Below are positions 1 through 14,100 of a DNA stretch of 64,000 nt, in pieces (position 1 is the stretch's first letter; each line of letters begins with the position of its first letter). The translations under genes and the position numbers were made by a program. The stretch is taken from NCBI GenBank assembly GCA_964035545.1, contig OZ037772.1, positions 6,122,889 to 6,186,888 of the forward strand. Reading direction: 5' to 3'. The DNA comes from Bugula neritina (taxonomy: Eukaryota; Animalia; Bryozoa). The notes under the pieces were generated by a model, which saw only the letters and a program-made list of their open reading frames with translations, had not been told where the DNA came from and ran no database searches.

Positions 1-3000
1 GGCAACACAATTTCAGACTGGAACAGTTCTGGTAAATTTGACACAGCGTCTAAGTAACACATGTAATTTCTATTAGAAATAAATGTAGCTCAGCCGCTTT
101 TGTTATTATAAGCTTAGATTACAATTATTATAATAAAAAAGCATTTTATATACGTAACCGTAACCATAGATTCAATTCCCAGTAAAACTAAATATTGGCG
201 ATGTTATGAATACTATCTAATAATTATTGTTTCTGTGCCCTATGTGAATAATTTCTTTGCCTGATTTAACAAAAACTGGCCTTTCCATCAGGGGTTTCTT
301 GTCGGGGTTGTGATTATAGAGTTGAGTAATTGAGCTTCTCTGATATATATATATAACAACCTTTCACTTGCAGCAATGATAACAAAAATTAACAACAGTG
401 GTAAACAAAATCCAATTAGTTTTAATACCTTTTATAGTACCATTTATTAAACGTTCAAAGCAATCTCGCTACCATTAGCCTGTCAAATAGTTGGCATAAA
501 GTTGAAATTAAAATACGAAGATGATAGGAATTTCCAGGACCGTTTTGATCTGCAAACAAATCTAATGGATATGCCAAGATTTTTTGATTAACTTGACTAG
601 TGCTTTCAAGATAATTAATTTTAGATTTTGTTAACCAAATAGTGGTGACCTTCACAAGGACACACATCCTATCTTATTCATGATCTGGAAAGTTTAAGTT
701 TGAAATATAATATAACTTCATACATCAAGTTATTCAAAGTTTGGTGTCGTGATGGCTAGACTAACTAAATTTTGTTAGGAAGTTGTTTTTATCAACACAA
801 ACACAGGAATTTAAGTAGTTTCAACATTTGCATAAAGTAATCTTTCAAATGTTGACTTAATTTAATATTGATTAAATGCTCATTAAATCTCTCCTGTCTA
901 TTCTAAGTACGTTACATTTACCTTTTTTAGAACTGTTGTCCTTTTAGTATGATAGTATTAATGTATCGCCAATATATGCAACATAGTACGATAACAAATA
1001 TTAGTTTTCATAAACTGCTACCTTATATTATTATATCAAATATATTCTTTAATGATTAAATGACGCATTATAGGCAGTATGTTTTCAGCATTGAATTATT
1101 TGGTCTTTGTAAGATTTTTGATCGTGATTTATGCTCATTTCCTTCAGTCATGTGTTCTATTTTTATCATGCAGAGCGTGGTGGAAGGAACAATAGGTGGT
1201 GCCTATGTCCTCGGTGCTACGGCTGGAATTGTCTTACAAAGTGTGAGTAAAATTATATACAAAACCTTTACAAGTAAATCTAGTTCAAATTATTCTACAG
1301 TTTGGGCGTTTTCAAAAATTTGATATTAGTTTATTTTGAATAAATTGTTTAAGCTGTAAAACTATGGAGTGCCAAATGGTCAAAAATTTACTTATTATTC
1401 CATCTCATATGCTTATAATAAAGTATTTAGCCATTTTTCTCTGTCATATGCTCACAAACCCTCTCATAGGTCTATAATTTGCTTTCATATCCTTATTATT
1501 CATGTTCATAAGTCTATTATTTGGTCTCACACTGTTATTATTCATTCCCATACCCTTATTTCTCTATCTTTTATGCTCATTATTCAGTCCCATACCTCCA
1601 TTATGCACTCTCATACCCCTATTGTTTGCTCTGTTATAGTTGGTTTCATCCCAGATAGATGTTTCCCAGGTAGACTGTAGGCTAAATTTCCCACTTGGAC
1701 GTTTCCCAGTTAGACGCTATTTTTTATTTTGATACCGCAATAAAATTGTGTACACCCCTAGTAAACCTACAATCATCCTAATGTTTGCATACTTTTCTAT
1801 AAATAGCCAGTTGCTTTTTTTTTGTATTAAGTATAATCACCAGCCTCTAATGCATGCCTTTCTATTATTAGCTATAGTGGCTTTCTTACTGATTATGACA
1901 CGCTACTCCTACTTGTATTTCTGACTATCTAATTAATATGAGGTGAAAAAAGTATGTAGCTCGTATAACAAAGATAATCCTGCAACCACGGAACTGAAAC
2001 TTTAATATATATAGTTCAATGCTCACAATACCCACCACGATGCGTTTGATGAGACGCAGCTATAGAGAATTGGCCACTTATCAAATATTGAATTTATTAT
2101 TTCATTGCTTTGCGTAAACTAGTTTGACTAAAACTTCATTCTGTGCAATGCAGCCATAGGCCTGTAACCAACCATTTGCTAATCATAATACAAAAAATTA
2201 AAATAAACTTATATTGAACTGGTTCCCAAAGTATGAACCAGCTATGTAGGCTGAATTTATACTTGAACTTATATTTACTACCACCCAATTTCGTGGGCAC
2301 CGGGTGTCAGTGTAAGATAGTTTAATCTTAAATGTAAACTTAGCTGCAACTTGTCGAAAAGGTTATTGTGGATTAGTTTACAGAAGATTATTATTTACTC
2401 AAATGAAATGCTATTACAGAATATTGTAAAAAAATACTTCTAATTGTTGTTGTTTCAAACCTATTGTAGGATAATACAGCAATAACCACGTAGCATAACG
2501 CAGTAATTTTTGACGTTGCATGAATATTGTTATTACCGTTGAATGAAGAAAAATTCTTTACGGATTACTTTATTTTTATCAGACTAATGATCATTACTTT
2601 GGTGTTCTATTTTATTTATAGTCACCATCAACTCTCACTTTTGCAGTCAGTCGATACGACTATGACTGTTTTATGGATTCGGCTTAGATTTGGTTGCAGC
2701 TCTCCACGCAGCTCTGTTGTCAGCTGTCTGCTGCCAAGAACTCAAGTTTATTGCTCTCCATTTCATATTCCTCTTAGCAACATCTTTGAGTCTGAGTCTA
2801 GATCACCCTGTATTTCGTTTACCCTCTTTCAGCTGAGAGTAGAGCAATTGTCTTGGTAGCCGGCTATGTTCCATCCTGTGCACATGGCCTAGCCATCTCA
2901 GGTTCTTTTCTATAAGGATGTCGGCCATGCTTGGCAAATTGGCACATCTTAATATTTCTTCATTCGTAACTTTGTCATACCATTTTACAGCCATTACGTC

Positions 3001-6000
3001 TCTCAGTTGCCTCATCATGGAAGAGCTTAGCTTCTTCATCTGTGTCCTGTATATTGTCCATGTTTCTGCTCTATACAGCAGACCTGAGAGCATTTCTGCT
3101 CTGCAGACTTTACACTTTACCCTGATGGATACATGTCTGTTGTTCCAGAGTCTCTGCTGCAGCTTTCCAAAGGCCGCACTTCCTTTGCCTAGTCTGCTCC
3201 GTAGCTCTTTATCTAGTTTTGCCGTACAGGAAACAGTGCTTCCTAAATAAGTAAAGTCTGAGGCAAGTACAACTGGTTCTTGATCTATCATGACAACTTC
3301 AGGTTCAGGTGGAGGGTGGATGAGTTTGATTGGCTGGTACATGCTTTCTGTCTTCTTAATGTTGATTTTTAAGCTAAACTGAGCCACTGCTTTTGCAAAG
3401 TTATTCACTAGCACTTGCATATCTGTAGCGCAATGTGCTACCAAAGCACTGTCATCAGCAAACAACATCTCTCTGACTAGGTGTTTGGTAGTACGAGTCT
3501 TAGACTTGAACTGAGCCACATCAAAAAGATCAGCCCGATGTCGAGTTTGAAACTAAATTCCTTCATTTACATTTTTAAATGCCACTCCAAGCATAACGGT
3601 CAAGTATAACGAAAATAGTGTGGGCGCAAGAACACACCCCTGCTTGACACCATTGGTTACTGCAAACTCATTTAAAGCATATCTACCTTGCACTACCTTA
3701 GCTTGCATGCCTGCATAAAGAGTTTTTATCAGGTTGGTGACCTTCTCAGTTAAGCCAAACTTCTCCAGTACCCTCCAGAGGCCATTTCTTAATACTGCAT
3801 CAAAAGCTTTTGTAAAGTCTATAAATACAGCATACAGCTCCATGTTCTGTTCAGCACATTTTTCTTGAATTTGCCGAAAGCTAAATATTATATCAAAGGT
3901 GCTCCTGCTGTTTTGAAAGCCCCACTGTGTTTCTGGAAGTATTCCTGGAGTTATATTTACATTGATTTTGTTGAGGATGACACGGGCCATAATCTTTCCA
4001 GCTATAGACAAAAGCGAGATTCCTCTATAATTTTTCCCTAAGTCTTTCCTACTACCCTTTTTAAAAATGGGCACAATGTTTGCATCTTTCTGTGGTATTT
4101 TCTCATTACTCCATATATAAGCAATCATATGGTAGCAAATAATAAAGGTATGGCGGTTTTAATATTGCAGGCGCAAGAGCAAGTACTGTAATAGGGGTAT
4201 GAAAAAGAATAATACGCATAGGAGAACGAATAATGACTATAACAGAGCAAACAATAGTACTTAATGGAGGTATGGGACTGAATAATGAACATAAGAGAGT
4301 GAAATAAGGGTATGGGAATGAATAATTACAGTGTGAGACCAAATAATAGACCTATAAGAGCATGAATAATAAAAGTATGAAAGCAAATTATAGACCTATG
4401 AGAGCATTTTGTGAGCATATGAGAAAGAATAATGGTTAGATACTTTATTATAAGTTAATGAGATGCAATAATAGGCAAATTTCTGACCACTTTGCACTCC
4501 ATATAGTGAAACAACCTACAAAAATGTAAACAACGAAACCTCTATTATGCAATATGTAAAAAAAAAATTTTTCTAAAATATAATTTATCCTACAATTTAT
4601 GTCTATATAACTATTCACCATTTATATCTTAGAAGCACAATATGCTTTTCTTCACACATATTTCTATATCAGCTATTGATTACTGCTGATAATATTTTAC
4701 AGTTGGTAGGTTATTCTGGCACCTGTTATATATTTGGAGGTTTCATGGCAACTCTTATGATTATACACATAATAGTATTACCCAGAATAGGTAAGATTTG
4801 AAAATATATTCTAATATTTGTACTGCAGCCTTTGATTTATGCTATACATAACTGTTTTGTGTTGAGACCCACAGCTTAGTGAAATGCTGAGGGAGCGCTG
4901 TACGTTCTTCTTGGTTTAAGTTAAATGAAGCTGCAGTAGAATCATGTATGCAAACCCAATTATTACTAGAATTTAAGTGAGCAGTAAATAATATAATCAA
5001 TTTATCTAAATATAGAGAATAGTATAGGTTCTTTCTGAGCTATATTCTTATTATCAGAAAAGCCATTCATCTCAGAATTCATTGCTTACTCCTCTTTATC
5101 TGGTAAATACTTTTACTGGGTGTGAAATAATTAGTGTTGAGTTTTAGGAACTTTGCTCCTTGAAATACTATTCATTGTTTCAAAAATGTAGAATAATGGG
5201 TGTCCGGCCTTTCATGGCTGACCATCCGATTGTAATATGGATCTGAATTATTCCTGTTGCTTCTAGTATCTAGGCAAATCAATGCATTGTGCTTAGGTGT
5301 ATTTAAGCTAACATTAAAAAGAACAGTTGTAGCCATGCTAAATTTTAAACTCCATTCAGCCTTTGCATAATACAAGTCGTTATGAACTATAAAACGTTGC
5401 AAGAGGTAATAACTGCTCACTTTTAGAAGATACAATAAAATATGAAAAAGGGTTTCTGCCACTTGTGAAAGATCCTGGGCAGATTCTGTTGTTCATCCAC
5501 TCCTTCACGACTACTTTGGCCAAAAGCTCTCGCCTAATTAGTCTCACATACTTTCTTATGACTACGGTAAGGTCGTGACTACATTGTAAAATTTTAGGTA
5601 GATGGTTATGTTTTATGTTCTGTTAGTGAATGAGAAAATTGAATTTAAAGCAACTGTTGTTCTCACTTATTATTTAACGATTTTTAGGTGTATTATATTA
5701 TATTTTAATACACTGTTATCTCAGTCTTCTCATAGTTTAAACATTAATAGGTATTTATAGCAAATGGCTAATTTGATCTTAAGGTATTAATAAAATTAAG
5801 CTTCAACATTATAATATTTACTTCAATTGAAATTGAGTAATAACGTTTATTATTAATTATCAACAAAATAAATTATGAATTATATATTACATAACATGCT
5901 TGTTTAAGGAAATGAACTTAAGCAAAAGCATTAAGCAGTTATGTAAGTTTGATGACAAATTAGTAAATAAATATAGCAAGATAAGAATTAGATGAGACAA

Positions 6001-7651
6001 AACTTAGCAATCATATAGTTTTACTACAGCAAAATAGTATATGACTCACACTGTTCAAAGACATTTAGAGCTCCACATATAAAATTTGCAATACAATATC
6101 TTCTACAGTTTGGTGCCAGTGCCAGTGATGTAGGGATGGTCTACATTGTAGCTGGTCTATCATACATACCATGCGCTGTCTTTATTGGATTTCTTATCAA
6201 TAAAGTAAGCACTAAATTTTGTATTTACTTTTTACACATTCATATAAGTTTTTAATGCCTCCTTTGTTGAAGTAGCGCATAGTAACATCTATATAATTAA
6301 AAATGTAACAAAATTAGAAATAATTGAGAAATAATCAAATTTTGATAAAATTCTATAGAATTAAATAAAATATATCCAGGTTTCTTAGTTTATTGAAAAG
6401 GAAGGCAACCTTGTATACAAGTGAAAGTTTTATTTATCTCATTATTATATTGTTTTTCAGAAGCTTATTTATTCACTTATTATTGGCTGCTGGCTATGGT
6501 ATTCCCTCTTTCTATTGACTATCGGACCTTCCCCACTATTAGGTTTTATTTTTCATGGTAAACAGTAAGTACTGTACTTTTAATTTTTTGTTGTTGCAGA
6601 GCTTCTGATTGTAATCAATTTTGAGAATTAATTTTTTAAGTTCAAATAAACTGTGCAATTACTTCCATAATTATTTCTAGCAGCAGCCTAAAATTGATCT
6701 CATGGCATGGCACACAAGCCTCAACCTTTTCAATATAATTAAATAACGCACAATTGCTTATTAGAGTCATGCATGAGTTAATTATTGTTTATTACATTCT
6801 ACTAAATTATTATGTTTATTTAGTTTTTATTAATTCGACTATAAAAGCTATATTAGCCTAAAACATTTACAAGTAAATATTCTTTTTTAATTAACCAATA
6901 ATAAAACATTGAGAAAACTTCAGCAGTGATTTGTTGTCTATTTTTAGATATTATCTGTGCACAGTGATCTCTTGGAGCAGTCAGGTGATATCTATGGCTG
7001 GTCTCTTTCAAATTCCTTTCAAAGCCTCTCTCAATTTGGCAGAGTAAGTAAGAAGTTAGTATCTATACTATATAGACAAGTCACATTAAGCTAGACATTA
7101 GAGCCACTTTGTTTTACAGTATTTTTAATTTATTATAGCCATTGTCAGAAAATTCAATCAGTAATTCTATTTATTTAATTTGAAATTGCTTTCATCAACA
7201 TACATCTTTGTACGTCCAGAGCTAAAGGATTTGAGAGAGATAGCATACACACATATGGTATGATAGCTGGAATGGTAAACTGCGCACAAGGTCTGGGATC
7301 CATTGCAGGACCAGCCAGTGTTGGAGTTCTGTATGACGTTATGGGGTTTCCTTGGTTAATGACCATGTTTGCTCTCATTCAATTTGGACTGGTGAGTATT
7401 TCAAAATTTTTTTCACTCAGTTTGCATCGCGTAAGCAGTTTTTGCATGAATAACAATCCAATGCTACTTATAAAAGCTCTAAATATAGACATTTATATTA
7501 CAGCCAGTTCCAGATGATTTCCATAAGAAGTTAACTTAAGCATTGGATTTTGTTGCAGGTAGCTGTTACCATAGCCTACCTGATTGGTATGAGATTAGCT
7601 GGTTTTCCTCTCACCCCAGAGCAAGCTGATCAGTCTAAACTCAGCAGTTAA
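1..7651 (+). CDS. SLC18B1-like MFS transporter, 5'-partial, 9 visible exons
   Basis: In-phase GT-AG exons at <1-31, 1174-1242, 4703-4790, 5427-5566, 6109-6204, 6461-6564, 6948-7043, 7220-7391 and 7559-7651 (TAA). Translation: ...GTVL|SVVEGTIGGAYVLGATAGIVLQS|LVGYSGTCYIFGGF...LPRI|...|FGASASDVGMVYIVAGLSYIPCAVFIGFLINK|...TIGPSPLL...|...|AKGFERDSIHTYGMIAGMVNCAQGLGSIAGPASVGVLYDVMGFPW. The hydrophobic helices and the GPSP and GxxxGP..G.L.D..GF motifs resemble SLC18B1 (recalled from memory, not aligned). Confidence 0.85.
1363..4503. mobile_element. Non-autonomous element with ~270-bp inverted-repeat arms, in a transporter intron
   Basis: 1363-1640 (tatggagtgccaaatggtcaaaaatttac...attgtttgctctgttatagt) is the diverged reverse complement of 4236-4503 (...ttctgaccactttgcactccata). 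No clean TSD is visible. Confidence 0.8.
2633..4110 (-). mobile_element. 5'-truncated, disrupted non-LTR retrotransposon (RTE-like) RT and 3' end
   Basis: ORFs 3553-4128 and 2803-3519 carry IVPIFKKG, NYRGISLLS, FIDFTKAFD, GVKQGCVLAPTLF, LFADD, FTYLGS and LRWLGHVHRM. The ORF ends ...[11 protein letters not shown] and is broken by stops and frameshifts. Confidence 0.93.
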
Positions 7652-7980
7652 TCAAGATCGCCGATACAAAGATTCCAGAACATTACTAAAATGCTCAATG
7701 CTTTTATCAATGTCTCTTCATATTTTTAAATGTGCTAAAATTTTATTCTGATAATTACATAGTTTTTTATATTCTTTTCTCTGGACCAAATTTTTTTCCT
7801 CCTCAAACATGAACTTTTCAAAAGTATAACATGCAAAATTATGATAATTAAGTAACAATCTCTTAGCAATTACAGTAATGTGAAGTGTTATGAGAAGATA
7901 AACGAGCATTTATTTTAAAAAGGGGTACTGAATACTCTTCCTAACATCACCAATGGCCTTTACTGGAGTTCGAATCCATG

Positions 7981-8244
7981 GTGATCTTTAGACGGTGTGA
8001 CTGGAATAATGTGCAAAGATCTTTTCTCAATCTGTCAGCTAGTTGGGGTGTGAGATCTGTTACTCCTAGCCCATCACCTCGATATAGTCCAATATTAGCT
8101 TTAAACTTTTTTGAGATTGTACTTAATAAAAATAGTCCGACTAATTCACACGTTTCAGCACCATCGTGTGAGCCCATAGTGACGTCAAACAAATTGTCTA
8201 ATGATCTTTTACCCCAAAATGAGTTGTCATGCACCAATATAGAT
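7981..8244 (-). mobile_element. Penelope-like element reverse transcriptase fragment
   Basis: Translation [22 protein letters not shown]...[11 protein letters not shown]...[13 protein letters not shown] matches the PLE RT motifs (TMGS..GAE.CELVG, YRDDG), with the catalytic DD mutated to GD. Confidence 0.8.
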
Positions 8245-9062
<818 letters not shown>

Positions 9063-11061
9063 AGCAAATTAATTACAGCAATTAAATTTTCTTTAAATGT
9101 AGAATGAATATTACTCATTGTCTGAGTGAGTTGTCTGTGTAACTATATTTAATGTAACAATAGATTTGGCAAGGAAAAATCTTGTTCTAGATGAATACTG
9201 AATTTCCAAAATATGATGCACAAGTGAAAAAGTCTGGTCACTTCTATCTCCAGTCAATTCATCTCTATAGTACACTAGAGAATTGCCATAAGCAGCAGGG
9301 GTAGAAATTAATTGAATGCAGTAGTTAGGGGTCTCAATATTGAAGTTGGGGGTTTAAAGTTCCAACCTAACTTTAAATTCAAACGCCACAAACCTCTGCA
9401 CCAAATCACTCGTAACTCGTGCTGTTCATAGAAAATTGTTCTATAACATGCTCTTGAAGTTTAAAATAGGGGTACATTAAGATCCCCAAAAACAAACTTG
9501 GAGAGCCACTAACTACAGCACTCAATTCCAACCCAGGGCTACTCATAGCAAATTTTGTTACAATGTTGTACATCTATTTACAGCCTCCTTTAAGTCAAAG
9601 CATTGGCACAGGATATGCATGAGTAAACACTATGTGATAGTCTAGACTCTAGATTTAGATAGATGTGCAGTGATCCATGTAGTTATATATTACCACACAC
9701 CCAATATACAGTCTGGCTAAAGGCTATTGAATATGTATGAGTTTGTAGTAAGGGGCTTATGCTGGAACAATTGGAACCCCCAAACTAGAGAATCACAAAC
9801 TATATTGCACCGATGCAGTCACCCCCAACTAGGAGCTGCTTATAGAATGCTTCGCCTCCAGGTTTTAGCTAGGGTATACATAAAAGCTAATCATTTTCAA
9901 GCTAGACAAGTTAGTGAACACCTTGGGCTTTTCTCAGTTTTTTCCTCTTGAACTGGAGCAGACGAGTTTGAAGCTGAGTAAATATAAGGTTATTACTATA
10001 ACACAATATAACTAATTATATAACACAGCGTATATTATTATATAATCGGTATCATTTGATCATTTCTAAAAAACATACGTTGCATATTCTGATAGCAAAG
10101 CTGGTTCTTACTAAATCACCTGCTCGAAGCTGAACAAGCTCATTTTATTTAGTACACACTAAATAAAACTGCATCATTTATAGAAATTTAGTCTTTTAAA
10201 GTCGTAAATAAAGCTAAATATATTAAAATATTTTTTTAAGTTTTTCAACACTTTTATGGTGTTTTTGTTGAGAATCATTAGTCAAGAACCCTACTGCATG
10301 GTATGTTAATTATCTTTGCACAACTATATCAGCTGAGAGATGTTTTTATTTTGGTTTGATCAGTGATATTATAGCTTCGTGTTATATAGTAGCTAAGAAT
10401 AAGGATACAAAAAATTAGCACAAATTTTGTGTTAATTTTATAATACCACAAACACCTGAAAGAAACAAAAGTGTCATCAAAGTGAGCAAAAAGTTTATAT
10501 ATACTGAAACTAAATAACCTGAGAACACAATATTCAAATAGTGTGTATAAATGTCTAAAATATATATGAATGTTTAAAACCGAATAAATGAAGTTTGTCA
10601 ATAATTCTTTATAGAAACCCTGGAATGTAAGTACTATACTTGCTACTAATAAAATTAATGTCATATTTACACTCTTCTTTATATTTCAAAGCCCAATCTG
10701 TTTTTGAGAGTGAATCTATAGAAATCTGATCAGTTTCAATAGTAAGTATCACTTATTGAATATACACATGCTGACTCTGGACAGCTCTTAGTCTTCCAAT
10801 TAATAAATATAATAAATATATAATTTTGGAGCCGTTATTCATTTTGTTAATTTTTGAAAATTTACTCAAGTACATGCATGCTGTGCTTGTGCTTAGTTTT
10901 TATATAGTAGCCTAGCTAAATAAATACTTTAAATGATATATTTTATATTGAATAATCTAACAGAGTTGTGACTTTCTTTTTCTATACTTTTGTTCATGTC
11001 TACTTACTATGGCCTGCATTGACACTGAATTTTACAACATGTTTTCATGTCTGTGATATGT

Positions 11062-11127
11062 AATAAATAAATAAATAAGTGAATAAATAAATAAATAAAT
11101 AAATAAATAAATCAATCAATCAATCAA
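11062..11127. repeat. (AATA)n/(AATC)n microsatellite
   Basis: Directly visible upstream of the first coding exon of the methyltransferase. Confidence 0.9.
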
Positions 11128-11181
11128 TTGCGAGTTCTGTACTCAACTATTTTGATAGAAATTCAGCAACCTATTGAGAGA

Positions 11182-14100
11182 ATGGAGAAAGTGAGAGCAC
11201 CTGCAGCAATGGCTCAAGATGTCCTATTCAAATCTCTCATCAAAGTCTGCGAAGATCACAACGGTGTAGAAATATGCGTCCCGTTTGAGTGCAATCAGAA
11301 GTTTTCCAGTGTTGAACAAAGGCTAGATCAACGATCTCCAATCATCAAGAAATTTCTGCTTGATCTGGCTAAGAAGTATGAGACTACAGGAGGGAGTTTG
11401 TTGGACGTTGCAAGTGGACCTGGGTAGGTTTGTTCTCCAACTCTTTCATTTGCTTCTTTATTTAGAAGTTTGCAACTGTTTATTTTTTGCGAATATACTT
11501 ATACAGTTGCTGTGTAGTTTAAAGTTCTAAACGTTCTGTGAGTGTATTATAAGAGCTCCTACGCTACTCATTTAGTTACAGTAGTAGTCAAATTATGTTG
11601 GCCTAAGTTTTATAATATTCTTACTAATTTTTGGTCTGGATTGAAACTTATGCAACCACACAATTTCTTTTGCTACGTTGCTGATGTATATAGCCCAGGC
11701 TTTTATCCATTTCTCTATGACAGCATCTACTTTAAGCTCACACCCAAGTAAAAAGATTTTCAGTTGTTCTTATGTGCCTTCAGCCAACAGCCTTATTCAT
11801 TGAAATACAAAAGCTGTGGTGATATAATCCCTACACTACTATGTAAACCATAAAAATTAGTAAAACCTCATGTGTACTACTCAAGTTGAAAATACATTAG
11901 ATTATAAAAAATGTATTTAAATTAAAATTATGCCCCAAAGAAGTTCTCTTTAAAGTGATGAGCTATAGTTGACCTTTATGGTTTATGCATTACTCATTCA
12001 TTTTCCATCCATTTTCCATCCATTTTCTATATTTTGGTTAAGAGAGTTAAGTTAATGTTGTTTAGTAAATTGAGCTAAACAAATTTTTGTAAGCAGTGAG
12101 GTTAAAAGTGCAAAATTTGATTTTTTAATCAAAAGGTAGCAGATTTATTTCAAGGGAGTTAAATTTTTCTTTTTTTAAGCATTTCAGATGCAAGCTACTC
12201 TTGAAGGTGAGATAGGTAACTCAGGGAAAGTTTTGAAAAACTGATCACCTTCTCACGCAAACTTTCAAATAGGAGTGATAAATTTCAATTGACTTCACTA
12301 CTCACATGACCGTAGTAGACATGCCAGGTTCAATATATAGCATGTTTAAACAATTAGAGATGCAATTGACTTAGTAATTCACTGTTTCATATTTGCTACA
12401 CCAGTATATATATATTTGCATAACCACGTGTGGTTATAAATGCAAAGAAACTTCTAGCCTGAGCTCTACAACTTGACACTTTGTGCTATAGAGACCACCA
12501 CTGATAAGTTATTAATAATTACTGTTGATTTATAGCTAACGCCTTCAACTGCTAGCTACCGACACACCTTCGTACAAGACACAACACACCCTGGTACATT
12601 TTATTGTCAATCCCATCACCCAATACCTCTTGGTGCTGTGTAGCGAAGTTCTACTAGCAGTCTTTACATTCAGTAAATAATGCTTACTGCTTATCAAAAA
12701 TGGAGCTACTGCATCTCTGCTATAGCCATGCAAGCGCAAAGGCTGTTTATATCCTTTTGCCATCACAGAGTGGCTATTTAGAAGATCAAACAATCTGTCT
12801 ATTTCCTGAAAGCACAAAAGCATAACATCAGTAACAATAACTTACACAAAACTTAGATTATCAGATTATTACAAACCTGGATAAATTCCGCAGTAGCACA
12901 ACACTGCTGGAACTCAGGTAACCCCAACAACTCCTTCAGAGTTTCGAGTGAATCTGCTACAGAGGCGGGAAAATAGCTGAGTAGCAAAATACACCTGATT
13001 AAAAATTGTTAAAGTCCTATTAGACATACTTTCGAACAAAAAATACTTCAACTGCTTGAAAAAACTACATTTCGTCCTTAACAAAGTTATTAAGTATGCA
13101 TAATAAATCTTACTTTTATTTTATTTTGCTGAAAGCCAACTTGCCGAGAAGTGATTTTGTTGCTTATTTCGAGACCGATCTCTGTTTGTTTGTTGTGCGG
13201 CTTCTCAATGTAATCCCATCTTATTGATCCAGCCTCACTTTTTATAGCACCAAAAGCGTGCAACATGTTTTGAGTCAACCTAATCTTATTGCAAGGGCCT
13301 AGCAAAATAAATTTCTTCCGACCATTTGAAATGAAAAATAGCCTGGCACTTTCTTTTAAATTCATCTGAGCACTTAGACCTATACACATGGCTAAATTAG
13401 AGACATTCTTATTTATAGTAATACAAGGGTTGAAAAAACCATGGTGATGAAGTATCTCAAGAGTATGGAGTAACAGCTCTTGTAGCGTTTCAGAGCACAA
13501 ACTTGCAGTAACGAAATAAGAAACTGGAGCTTTCCGTGACCCTTTTAAGCCCAATCAACAAGAAAATTAGTACTTCATTTGCTTCTTTTCCATCCTCTTC
13601 AGAGCCATAGCCTAAATTGCAATATCTTGGACTTTTGGTCATACGACAACATTGTTCGGATGCTCATAGAACCCAAGGTTAGACAGCAGCTAAATTATCA
13701 ACAGAACTACTTTAACACCTCTGTTCAACATTAGTATAATAACAATAAAATTATATTGTATTCATCAACACCAAATTAATAACAAACACTTGAGAAAAAA
13801 ATAGTTTTCAATAAAGAAGTGGCATACCGAATGTAATGTGTTTGATTGGTCTTATTTGCACATGGAGCAGCTATAACAGCTTCGTTTATTCCTGGTTTGC
13901 AATCTACACCTTCAAAACCATCTAAAACAACATCCACTCCACAAACATATGCAAAAATGTATAAACAACTAATAATATAAACTATGCTCATCGGAAAGAA
14001 CAATTGGTGTCATTAAACCCCTACCTTCTCAGTGACCTGGGAGAAGGCAAAGTGATGTAGGCTAGTCTCTAAGAAATTAATAGGTGAGTAAAAGTGCAGT

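Noticed and set aside
1369-1680. His/Ser/Ile-rich 103-aa ORF
   Set aside because: It lies in the repetitive arm of the inverted-repeat element and has no protein signature.
2918-3250. Plus-strand 110-aa ORF
   Set aside because: It is an antisense shadow of the LINE RT.
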